From: Pseudomonadota bacterium
GTDB taxonomy: Bacteria; Myxococcota_A; UBA9042; GCA-2863065
Direction of reading: 5' to 3'
Length of the DNA: 64,000 bases
Assembly (NCBI GenBank): GCA_947498315.1
Contig: CANMLD010000002.1
Coordinates: forward strand, 8,368-72,367
Below the pieces are notes generated by a model. That model saw only the letters and a list, made by a program, of their open reading frames with translations. It was not told the DNA's origin and searched no databases. Shown in pieces: positions 18,818-26,683 of the stretch (its first letter is position 1; each line of letters opens with the position of its first letter). The position numbers were made by a program, and so were the translations under genes.

Positions 18818-19105
18818 GGGGGCTCCTGCATGTCGTGAGAGGTTCGGCCCAGGTCGGCGGCTAACTGCCGGAGTATTCCGACCGCCGCCCGGGCTGCTTC
18901 CTCACAGAGCAACGCGCGTGCCACGCCTTTCGTCAGGGAGAGGATCGCGGCCACGACGACGTTCTCGCGCGTTCCAGTCTCCTCGCGCCTCAAAACACCT
19001 GACAAGCAAAACTGCCAGTTTCCGGGTGCATGACTGTTCTGCTTGTCGGTGGAGCGAGGGAGGTCAGCGAGCGGTGGAGCGAGGGAGGTCAGCGAGCGGT
19101 GGAGT

Positions 19106-19675
19106 TCAAGGACTGAGCGACCGTAACAACGATGCGAGCCGAATCAGCCCGTCCGGCCATGGGCCGTGCCCGGATGCGACGTTCAGGTGACCCGAATCGC
19201 CCGCGTCCACGAGCTCGGCATCCCAGCGTTTCGACAGCGTCTCGGCTTCGTCATAGCCGCAAAAGGGGTCGCTACGGCTGGCGACGAGCACACTAGGGAA
19301 CGGGAGCGTGGTGTGGCGTATGCCTGCGAACGAAGCTAGCGGCGTGGTCGCCGCCGTGATCGCGTCTGCGGGCGGCGCCACGAAGAAGGCTCCTTTGACG
19401 TTGCTCGCCCCCTGTTCGCTTTCTTGAAGCGCGTAGACTGCCTGAACGGCCGCAAGCACGCCGACGGAGTGCGCGATGAAGACGACGGGGCGGGTCGCCA
19501 GTCGAACCGCGTCAGCGATGTTGTTCGCCCAAACGTCGCGATGTGGCGCATCGAAGTCCGGCTGCGATACGCGTCGTGCCGTCGACATTCGAGCCTGCCA
19601 GCGGGATTGCCAATGATCGGGCTCCGAGTCGTGCCATCCCGGGATGACGAGCAGGTCCAGTTCAGCGATTCGCAT
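19106..19675 (-). CDS. RBBP9/YdeN-family alpha/beta serine hydrolase
   Basis: Matches B. subtilis YdeN in length and motif positions: (L)VIPGW..S...HW, nucleophile elbow AHSVG, downstream SRSDP...D.G.SGHLN catalytic Asp/His region. Confidence 0.65.
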   Translation of the reverse strand: MRIAELDLLVIPGWHDSEPDHWQSRWQARMSTARRVSQPDFDAPHRDVWANNIADAVRLATRPVVFIAHSVGVLAAVQAVYALQESEQGASNVKGAFFVAPPADAITAATTPLASFAGIRHTTLPFPSVLVASRSDPFCGYDEAETLSKRWDAELVDAGDSGHLNVASGHGPWPDGLIRLASLLRSLSP

Positions 19676-19681
19676 GGCGCT

Positions 19682-21607
19682 TCAGCTCACCGATCCGCCC
19701 GGCGCGACCGGAGCCAGAGGACTGACCACGGAGAGGACCGCCCCGGACTTGCCGGCCAGGATCATGCCTTGGCTCTCGAGCCCGAAGAGCTTTCGCGGCT
19801 TCAGGTTGGCGACGACCACGAGGTGCTGCCCGATCAACGCCTCCGGCGCGTAGGTGAGGCCGATCCCCGCGACGATCTGCCGGCGAGTTCCGCCAAGATC
19901 AACCTGCAGTTTCAATAGTTTATCCGATTTCGGCACCCGTTCGGCTTCGACGACGCGGGCGACGCGCAAGTCGACCTTCGCGAAGTCCCCAAACTCGATC
20001 TCGGGGAGTAACGGCCCGGGGGCGAACTCGCCTGTAGATACCTCGGTCGCGGTAGCCAGGGCAGTGGCAGTCGCCGGCGCCACCGGGGCGGGAGGCGCAG
20101 GCACAGCTTCGGTCGTAGTCACAGGGACCTCGTACTTCGGGAAGAGGGGCTCACCCTTGACGACCGGCGCGCCCACCACGAGAACACCGGAAGCCGCGCC
20201 GATGCGGAACAGAAGGTCAGCCATCGTCTTCGGCATCACCGGGCTAAGCAGACGCGCCACGGTCGTAACACCGTTCAGCACGACCCAGAGCGACGTTGCC
20301 GCTCGGGCCTCGTCGGTCTTGACGACCGTGAACGGCTTCGTGTCATTGACGTACTTGTTCAGACGACGCACGTAAGCCACGACTGAGTCGAGCGCCTTGT
20401 GAAGCTCTAGCGCGGCCGTCAAGTCGCGAACTCGCGCTTCGAGCGCATCGGCGTCACCCACCAAGGTGGCGTCGTCCTCGAGGAGTGTCCCCCGCGCGGG
20501 AACGGCGCCATCAAAGCGCTTCTCGACGAGGTTCAACACCCGGTTGACGAGGTTGCCCAGATCGTCCGCCAGCTCCGAGTTGTTCCGCAGGATGAGCCCT
20601 GACTCGGAGAAGCTCGCGTCTTGTCCGATCACCATCTCGCGCAACAAGAAGAAGCGAAAGACCTCGACGCCATAGCGGTCCTTGAGGGCGAGCGGGTCGA
20701 CGACGTTGCCGGCGCTCTTGCTCATCTTCGAGTCGCCCATCAGCCACCAGCCGTGCGCGAAGACGCGCTTCGGGACATCTACCCCGAGCGCCATCAGCAT
20801 CGACCACCAGTACACGGTGTGAGTGGTCAGGATGTCCTTGCCTATGAAATGGGTCGCTTCAGCCCAGCGTTCTGGCCAGCCCGGCGCGTTTGGGTAGCCG
20901 ATGCCGGTCAGGTAGTTCAGCAGCGCATCGAACCAGACATAGGTCACGAAGTCGCTGTCGAAGGGGAGCTCGATGCCCCACTCGAGGCGCGACTTCGGCC
21001 TGGAGATACACAGGTCGGCGAGCGGCTGCCGCAGGAAACCGAGCACTTCCTGTCGGCGGTAGCTCGGGAGGATGGCGCCTGGGTTTTGCTCGATGTGGTC
21101 GATGAGGCGAGTCTGATAGAGGCTCATCTTAAAGAAGTAGTTGACCTCTTCGACCCACTCGACCGGCTTGCCGCTCACGGGATCCTTGCCGTCTACGAGC
21201 TCCTTCTCGTCGAAGAAGCGCTCTTCGCCGACCGAGTACCAGCCACCATACTGTCGCTTCTCGATGAGCCCTTCGTCCTTCAGCCTGGCGAGCGCGCCTT
21301 GCACGACCGCGACGTGGTCGGCGTCGGTCGTACGGATGAAGCGGTCGTACTCGATCTCGAGGTCGGCGCACATCGTCTTGAACGCGAGGTGGAGCTCATC
21401 GACGTGCTGGCGAGCAGGGACGCCACGTCTCTGCGCTGCCTGTTGCACCTTCTGTCCGTGTTCGTCCGTGCCGGTAAGCAGGAACGCGTCCGAGCCAAAG
21501 AGGCGCGCGTAGCGGGTAGCGACGTCGGCCAGTACCGTCGTGTATGCATGGCCAATGTGGGGGCGGTCGTTGACGTAGTAGATCGGCGTCGTGAAGTAGT
21601 CGGTCAT
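19682..21607 (-). CDS. metG: Methionine--tRNA ligase with C-terminal EMAP/tRNA-binding domain
   Basis: HIGHAYTT (HIGH) and KMSKS motifs. 641 aa. C-terminal ...DLRVARVVEAERVPKSDKLLKLQVDLG tRNA-binding OB fold. Confidence 0.9.
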   Translation of the reverse strand: MTDYFTTPIYYVNDRPHIGHAYTTVLADVATRYARLFGSDAFLLTGTDEHGQKVQQAAQRRGVPARQHVDELHLAFKTMCADLEIEYDRFIRTTDADHVAVVQGALARLKDEGLIEKRQYGGWYSVGEERFFDEKELVDGKDPVSGKPVEWVEEVNYFFKMSLYQTRLIDHIEQNPGAILPSYRRQEVLGFLRQPLADLCISRPKSRLEWGIELPFDSDFVTYVWFDALLNYLTGIGYPNAPGWPERWAEATHFIGKDILTTHTVYWWSMLMALGVDVPKRVFAHGWWLMGDSKMSKSAGNVVDPLALKDRYGVEVFRFFLLREMVIGQDASFSESGLILRNNSELADDLGNLVNRVLNLVEKRFDGAVPARGTLLEDDATLVGDADALEARVRDLTAALELHKALDSVVAYVRRLNKYVNDTKPFTVVKTDEARAATSLWVVLNGVTTVARLLSPVMPKTMADLLFRIGAASGVLVVGAPVVKGEPLFPKYEVPVTTTEAVPAPPAPVAPATATALATATEVSTGEFAPGPLLPEIEFGDFAKVDLRVARVVEAERVPKSDKLLKLQVDLGGTRRQIVAGIGLTYAPEALIGQHLVVVANLKPRKLFGLESQGMILAGKSGAVLSVVSPLAPVAPGGSVS

Positions 21608-21658
21608 GGAGCCTCTAAGGCCGGGGGAGCGATTCCGGAGTAAGAGAGGGTCTCGGGG

Positions 21659-22678
21659 TCAGGGGCCAATGGTCAGCCGTTGGACAAGCCCGAGCCCGTA
21701 TCCCTCGTAGACCACGCCGAGCGTGATGAGCAGCGCGATCCCGAGGGTGGCGAGCCGAGCGGCGCCGCGGGCGAATCCGCCGAGCAGCGGGATCCAAGCG
21801 ACGAGTTGTACCAGGGGCCCGAGAAACATCGACAGGCCAATCCAAAGCAGGAGGCCGCCGCCCCCTCGGAAGAGCCACGCATAGGGCGACCTCGTATGGT
21901 TTACGGCGTCGACGAGTGCGAGCCGCGACCCCTTCGTGAGCAATACGGTTGCGCCTTGAGGCGCTTCGATGTGCGCACCGCGAAGCACCCCGAATGCGGT
22001 GACGAGATCACCCTTCCGCAGAACGCGGAAGCCGACGCGTTGGTCTCCCACCCCCGCGCCACCGTCTTTGCACTCCGTCGACGACGCGAGGTAGGCCCAC
22101 TGTTCCTGAACCAGCCGAGCGCCCTGGACGTCGGTGCGGCTCGGCGCGAGCGTCTCCGCGCCCAGGACCACGATGGGATCGCGCAGGAGGCGCTTTTCGA
22201 TGAGGAGACCTTCTCCGAAGGTCTCACCGCTCATCGCCAACGTGCTCCCCTCCTTGCCGCTCGTTCGCCCCGGGTTGTCGTGTCCGCGTACCTTGAATTG
22301 CCGCGAGTCCGGCACGTCGCGAACCCAGCGCTTCTTATAGACCGGTGGAGCCGCGTCGGTCTTACCCGGTGATTCGATCCAGACGCACGTCTCTACGATT
22401 CGTTGAACGTACACGAAGTCCCCACGCAGGAGCGGATCTATGGCCGGCCGGACGGCGTCGAGCGCGCCTGTCGCTGTGACTTGAGCTCCGAAGCGGGCCG
22501 TCTGCTCGTTCGCGTTGAGCGAGCGGCTTACCGCGGCACCTTGGTTCATTCGCGCTTCGCCGTAAGCGAGAACCAGAAAGCCGCTTGCGGCGAAGAGCGC
22601 ACCGATGACCATGCCCATCAGACCGCGCAGGGGGCGGCTCGCGATGGACTTCGGCGGGTCATTTCGGTCGGCGGCCAT
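21659..22678 (-). CDS. Membrane protein, TMEM43/DUF1625-like (N-terminal TM helix, large soluble middle, C-terminal TM pair); start taken at Met-97 of the annotated ORF
   Basis: The first 96 codons of ORF 21659..22966 read as non-coding low-complexity. From MAADRN... there is a TM helix (LMGMVIGALFAASGFLVLAY) and C-terminal hydrophobic helices (LLLWIGLSMFLGPLVQLVAWIPLLGG...). Sits immediately upstream of metG on the same strand. Confidence 0.4.
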   Translation of the reverse strand: MAADRNDPPKSIASRPLRGLMGMVIGALFAASGFLVLAYGEARMNQGAAVSRSLNANEQTARFGAQVTATGALDAVRPAIDPLLRGDFVYVQRIVETCVWIESPGKTDAAPPVYKKRWVRDVPDSRQFKVRGHDNPGRTSGKEGSTLAMSGETFGEGLLIEKRLLRDPIVVLGAETLAPSRTDVQGARLVQEQWAYLASSTECKDGGAGVGDQRVGFRVLRKGDLVTAFGVLRGAHIEAPQGATVLLTKGSRLALVDAVNHTRSPYAWLFRGGGGLLLWIGLSMFLGPLVQLVAWIPLLGGFARGAARLATLGIALLITLGVVYEGYGLGLVQRLTIGP

Positions 22679-23052
22679 GAGATGCGGACTATCAGGAAAG
22701 GTCGGCTTGGGGAAGTTCAGCCAGCATCGCGCCTCTAGGAGCCTGCTGCGTTTCTCCCGTCGCCGGCCTTCGCGCTTCCCCTCGATAGCGGCGTCAGATG
22801 TCTGCGATACGTCCTCACGTACCTTTTGGTACGCTCCGGGCGTTTCTCGACATCTTCCTTGCTCTCGAAGGGAATCGCTTCGGCCTGCTCGGTCCGAAAA
22901 ACAGCAGGCTCCTATGACGCAGGCTGGTCGAAGTTCGCCGACATCGCTCCGGGTCGTTGTCCCCACGTCTTGACGATGCCCCTGGTCATCGTCTCAGCAC
23001 GCTCCCAGGGCAGGCGTCGACGTGCCCCGGCCGAGCCGCTAAGCTCTCGCGC

Positions 23053-23847
23053 ATGTCCGACTCCACGCCCGTCGTCATCGCCGAACGCACCGCCGAAGAC
23101 ATCGTCATCCTCACCGTGTCTCGCCCATCGCACCGCAACGCGCTCTCCCTCGAGGTGGTCGAAGCCCTCCGCGCCGAGGTCGCGCGCGTCGCGTCGGACG
23201 AGAGCGTCCGCGCCCTCGTGTTGACCGGGGCAGGCGGCGTCTTCGTCTCGGGCGCCGACATCGCCGAGCTCAAAGAGCGAACGCGCGCCGACGCGATGCG
23301 CCGAATCAACACGAGCCTCTTTCGCGCGATCGAGTCGTTGCCCTTCCCGACCATCGCTGCCATCGAGGCTTATGCTCTTGGCGGCGGGCTCGAGCTGGCG
23401 CTCGCCTGCGATCTCCGCGTTGGGACGGCGTCGTCACGCTACGGACAGCCCGAGGTCGGCCTCGGAATCATCCCCGGCGCGGGCGCCACGTACAGGCTTC
23501 CACGCGTCGTCGGCCTTGGGCATGCTCGGGAGCTCATCTTCACGGGAGCGCTCATCAGCGCCGAACACGCTCACCGGATCGGGCTACTGAACCGCATCAC
23601 CCCCGATGGCGGTGCGCTCGACGGGGCCTTGGAGCTCGCCCGCACCATCAGTCGCCACAGTGGCCTCGCTGTCCGCTTCTCGAAGAGCCTCTTGAACCTC
23701 AGCCAAGAGCTCACTGTCGACGCCGCGATGGCCTACGAATCGACTGCCCAGGCCGTCCTGTTCGAGACCGAGGACAAGCGAGCCCGGATGAGCGCCTTCC
23801 TCGAACGCCGTTCCGGCAAGTCCACCCCACCCAGGAGCTCCGAGTGA
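23053..23847 (+). CDS. Enoyl-CoA hydratase/isomerase (crotonase family)
   Basis: ALVLTGAGGVFVSGADIAEL oxyanion-hole region. AYALGGGLELALACDLRV. ~265 aa. The upstream part of ORF 22957.. is probably not coding. Confidence 0.8.
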   Translation: MSDSTPVVIAERTAEDIVILTVSRPSHRNALSLEVVEALRAEVARVASDESVRALVLTGAGGVFVSGADIAELKERTRADAMRRINTSLFRAIESLPFPTIAAIEAYALGGGLELALACDLRVGTASSRYGQPEVGLGIIPGAGATYRLPRVVGLGHARELIFTGALISAEHAHRIGLLNRITPDGGALDGALELARTISRHSGLAVRFSKSLLNLSQELTVDAAMAYESTAQAVLFETEDKRARMSAFLERRSGKSTPPRSSE

Positions 23848-24743
23848 CCTATCGCATCTCACCCGAAACGACCATCCTCGCCGTCCTCGGAGCCGGCACC
23901 ATGGGCCACGGCATCGCGCAGATCGCGGTCGCTGCGGGCTTTCAGACGCGTCTTCAGGACATCTCCGAGGCCGCCATCGAGCGTGGTCGTGGCCGTATCG
24001 CCGCGGTCCTCGACGGTGGTGTCTCTCGGGGTAAGTCCTCGCCCGAGGCGCGTGACGCCGCCCTCGCCCGCCTCTCGGTCACAACGGACCTCGCTACAGC
24101 CGTTCGCGGCGCGGACATCGTCATCGAGGCCGCCCCCGAACGCACGGAGCTGAAGCAGCAGCTCCTCGCCGCCGTCCACGCGGCGAATCCGGGCGCCATC
24201 TTCGGCACGAACACGTCGTCTCTGAGCGTTACCGCCATCGCCTCAGCCTCGCCGCATCCGGAGCGCGTGGTCGGGATGCACTTCTTCAACCCGCCTCACA
24301 TCATGAAGCTGCTCGAGGTCGTGCGGGGCCGGTTGACGTCGACGGAGGTCATCGACGCTACGCGGACGCTCGGCGCTGCTCTTGGGAGAGAGCTTATCGT
24401 GGTCTCCGACTCGGCGGGTTTCGCGACCAGCCGTCTTGGCCTCGTCATTGGTCTCGAGGCCATCCGAATGCTCGAACAAGGCGTGGCGTCCGCGGCCGAG
24501 ATCGACCTCGCGATGAAGTCGGGCTACCGCCACCCGATGGGGCCTCTCGAGCTCACTGACCTCGTTGGGCTAGATGTAAGGCTCGCCATCGCAGAACATC
24601 TCCACCGCGAGCTCGGGGAGGTCTTCCGCCCGCCCGAGCTGCTACGGCGTCTGGTCGCCGACGGTCGCTTCGGCAAGAAGAGTGGCCTCGGCTTCTATGA
24701 TTGGTCGTCCGGCGAAGCGCGCGCGCCCGCTGACAACCCGTAG
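23844..24743 (+). CDS. 3-hydroxyacyl-CoA (3-hydroxybutyryl-CoA) dehydrogenase
   Basis: Rossmann motif LGAGTMGHGIAQ. The sequence GMHFFNPP and the C-terminal dimerisation domain match Hbd/FadB-type enzymes. 4-bp overlap with the crotonase gene. Confidence 0.85.
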   Translation: MTYRISPETTILAVLGAGTMGHGIAQIAVAAGFQTRLQDISEAAIERGRGRIAAVLDGGVSRGKSSPEARDAALARLSVTTDLATAVRGADIVIEAAPERTELKQQLLAAVHAANPGAIFGTNTSSLSVTAIASASPHPERVVGMHFFNPPHIMKLLEVVRGRLTSTEVIDATRTLGAALGRELIVVSDSAGFATSRLGLVIGLEAIRMLEQGVASAAEIDLAMKSGYRHPMGPLELTDLVGLDVRLAIAEHLHRELGEVFRPPELLRRLVADGRFGKKSGLGFYDWSSGEARAPADNP

Positions 24744-24806
24744 CCAACATTGTCCTCAGTCGCATCCTGACCGACTGGACAGGGCAACACTTCCTCGGTT
24801 ATTCTC

Positions 24807-24826
24807 CTGACTGACCGGTCAGTCAG
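24807..24826. promoter_or_regulatory. Perfect 20-bp palindrome ctgactgaccggtcagtcag, a candidate TetR operator ~40 bp upstream of the TetR gene
   Basis: Exact dyad symmetry seen directly in the sequence. A weaker half-site-like copy (ctgaccgactggacag) lies ~40 bp further upstream. Confidence 0.5.
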
Positions 24827-24865
24827 GGCGCAGCGCTCCGGCACTCGACCGAGTCAGGAGCCACT

Positions 24866-25534
24866 TTGACCCGTCCCAAGCTCATCACGACCGAGAACCG
24901 TGCTTCCGAGACGCCCCCCCACGCAGGGGATCCGGCCGCCGAAGACTCACGTCACCGCATCGTCCGCGCCGCGGCCAGTTGCTTCGGACAGCTTGGCTTC
25001 AAGGGCGCTTCCACGGCGGCCATCGCCCTTGAAGCGGGTGTGTCGAAGTCCCTCGTGCTCTACCACTTCGAGAGCAAGGAGCATCTCTTCGTGGCCGTGC
25101 AGCTCGACCTGCTGGGGTCGGTACTCGACCGCATTCGATCGGTGACGCCGCCGGGAGGGACGCCTCTCGAGCTCGCGAGGGCAATGGACGAGGTCATGGC
25201 CTTCGTAGAATCCGACATCACTCACCTGCGAGTGATGCTAGAGCTCCACAACGCCGCGGCGACGCGGCCGGAGCTCGCCGCGCGCATCACCGAGTTCAAC
25301 GAGGCTGTCGAGGCCCTGGTCGTGCGTGGGCTCGTTGAGGTCCTCGGCCCGGCGGCGAGCCGTCTGAGCCTGCCTCTCGAACGTGTGGTGCGGCTGCTAC
25401 GCACCTTGTTCAACGGTCTCATTCTAGAGCTGGCCTTCGCGCCAGGTGAGGAAGCGCACGCTCGCATCCGAGAGACCTTCTCGGACGCGAAAGTGCTGCT
25501 CGTGAACGCAATCATCCCCGCGTCGGCGGCCTGA
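24866..25534 (+). CDS. TetR/AcrR-family transcriptional regulator (TTG start)
   Basis: N-terminal HTH RIVRAAASCFGQLGFKGASTAAIALEAGVSKSLVLYHFESKEHLF. ~220 aa all-helical. Confidence 0.8.
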   Translation: MTRPKLITTENRASETPPHAGDPAAEDSRHRIVRAAASCFGQLGFKGASTAAIALEAGVSKSLVLYHFESKEHLFVAVQLDLLGSVLDRIRSVTPPGGTPLELARAMDEVMAFVESDITHLRVMLELHNAAATRPELAARITEFNEAVEALVVRGLVEVLGPAASRLSLPLERVVRLLRTLFNGLILELAFAPGEEAHARIRETFSDAKVLLVNAIIPASAA

Positions 25535-25544
25535 GGAGGACTCG

Positions 25545-26564
25545 ATGGCGACCAAGCGATCCATCCCCTATTCCATGTTCGATCGTGACTCGTACGGGCT
25601 CGCGGCCAAGAACGCCAAGATACTGGAGCGCGTCTATCACAAGGGACATGCTCACGGCTGGGACGGCAAGGAGGTCCTCAGCAGTCTCATTGCCGAACAC
25701 GGCACTCCGACCATGAACGACACACAGAAGCAGGCGCTCGGCCGCGTGTTCTCCATCATCTTGTGGGGAGAGCTCGCCGCATGGCGAATCAGTGCGGAGC
25801 TGGCCGATGAGATCGAGCCGTTTGAACCCAAGATGGCGGCGACGAGTCAGGCCTTTGACGAAGCGCGCCACTTCTACGTGATGCACGACTACCTCGAGGT
25901 GCTCGGCGTACGGCCAGATGGCATCCACTGGGGAGCCCGACGTCTGCTCGAGAAGGTCATGAACGCCGACAACCTCGCGAAGAAGTTGCTTGGTATGCAG
26001 CTCATGGTCGAGCCCGTCGCGCTCACGCTCTTCCACATCGTCAAGGACCTCAACGTCGAGCCAGTCCTCACCCACCTCTTGCCCTACTACGAGCGCGACG
26101 AAGCTCGGCACGTCGCCCTCGGGGTGCAGTACCTTCCCGCCTTGATGAAGAACATGTCCGTGAGCGAGCGTCTCGGCCTCTTCGCCTTTCAGTTCGAGCT
26201 GATCAGCTATGAGATCGCTACGAACTACTTGCTGATGCGGGACCTCGAAGTCCTCGGGGTCGACCCCCGTGCTCTCATCGATGTCGGAAAGGCCAAGCAG
26301 ATCAAGGCGATGGAGGCGGTGCTCGAGTCACTCGACGTAAAGGCCACCTATCCGACCATGATCATCGACCGCTATGCCGATGCGGTGACCGAGCTCACGC
26401 TGCCGGCGTCGTCCAACGCGGGCAACCTCTGGACGCGGCTCAAGAGCGTGTCCGACATCATCCGCAATGGTCGGCCCTCTGTGGCAGACCACGAGCTCGT
26501 CCCCACCATCGGCGACGAACAGACGCCCCTCGCCACCGGGGGGAGGATGCGCCGCGCCGCCTGA
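25545..26564 (+). CDS. Ferritin-like diiron-carboxylate protein (putative oxygenase/desaturase-like), probably co-transcribed with the TetR gene
   Basis: Two E...(~30 aa)...ExxH pairs (WGELAAW...DEARHFYV and MVEPVA...RDEARHVALG), the canonical four-helix-bundle diiron ligand set. 10-bp gap from tetR. Confidence 0.5.
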   Translation: MATKRSIPYSMFDRDSYGLAAKNAKILERVYHKGHAHGWDGKEVLSSLIAEHGTPTMNDTQKQALGRVFSIILWGELAAWRISAELADEIEPFEPKMAATSQAFDEARHFYVMHDYLEVLGVRPDGIHWGARRLLEKVMNADNLAKKLLGMQLMVEPVALTLFHIVKDLNVEPVLTHLLPYYERDEARHVALGVQYLPALMKNMSVSERLGLFAFQFELISYEIATNYLLMRDLEVLGVDPRALIDVGKAKQIKAMEAVLESLDVKATYPTMIIDRYADAVTELTLPASSNAGNLWTRLKSVSDIIRNGRPSVADHELVPTIGDEQTPLATGGRMRRAA

Positions 26565-26683
26565 GCACGCGAGAACGCGATGTCCCCGAGCTCCCGCGTG
26601 GATCCAGCTTGCTTCCGGGCCTCAGTCCCGTTATCACGCCGAGTTAGTTGAGCGCGGTCGCCCTTTCGGCCGCTCGGGAGTGA

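Noticed and set aside
18111-19190. 359-aa + strand ORF overlapping the Cys-rich lipoprotein gene and the 30-bp repeats
   Set aside because: The product is a low-complexity (GGGGASPPS)n read of the opposite strand of the PPPPPEGGDA repeat. The minus-strand ORF has a lipobox and an ordered Cys pattern and is the real gene.
21680-22372. 230-aa + strand ORF and other ORFs antisense to the TMEM43-like membrane protein gene
   Set aside because: The minus-strand product has clear TM helices and a gene-like context (operon with metG). The plus-strand product is a charged low-complexity sequence.
22957-23052. N-terminal 32 codons of ORF 22957..23847, and similarly 45130..45225 for glyA and 46752..46790 for rpsL
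   Set aside because: Conserved N-termini of crotonase (MSDSTPVVIAER...), GlyA (MSNLEHADPEI...) and S12 (MPTINQLIR...) begin at internal Met codons. The upstream extensions are artefacts of the ORF finder.
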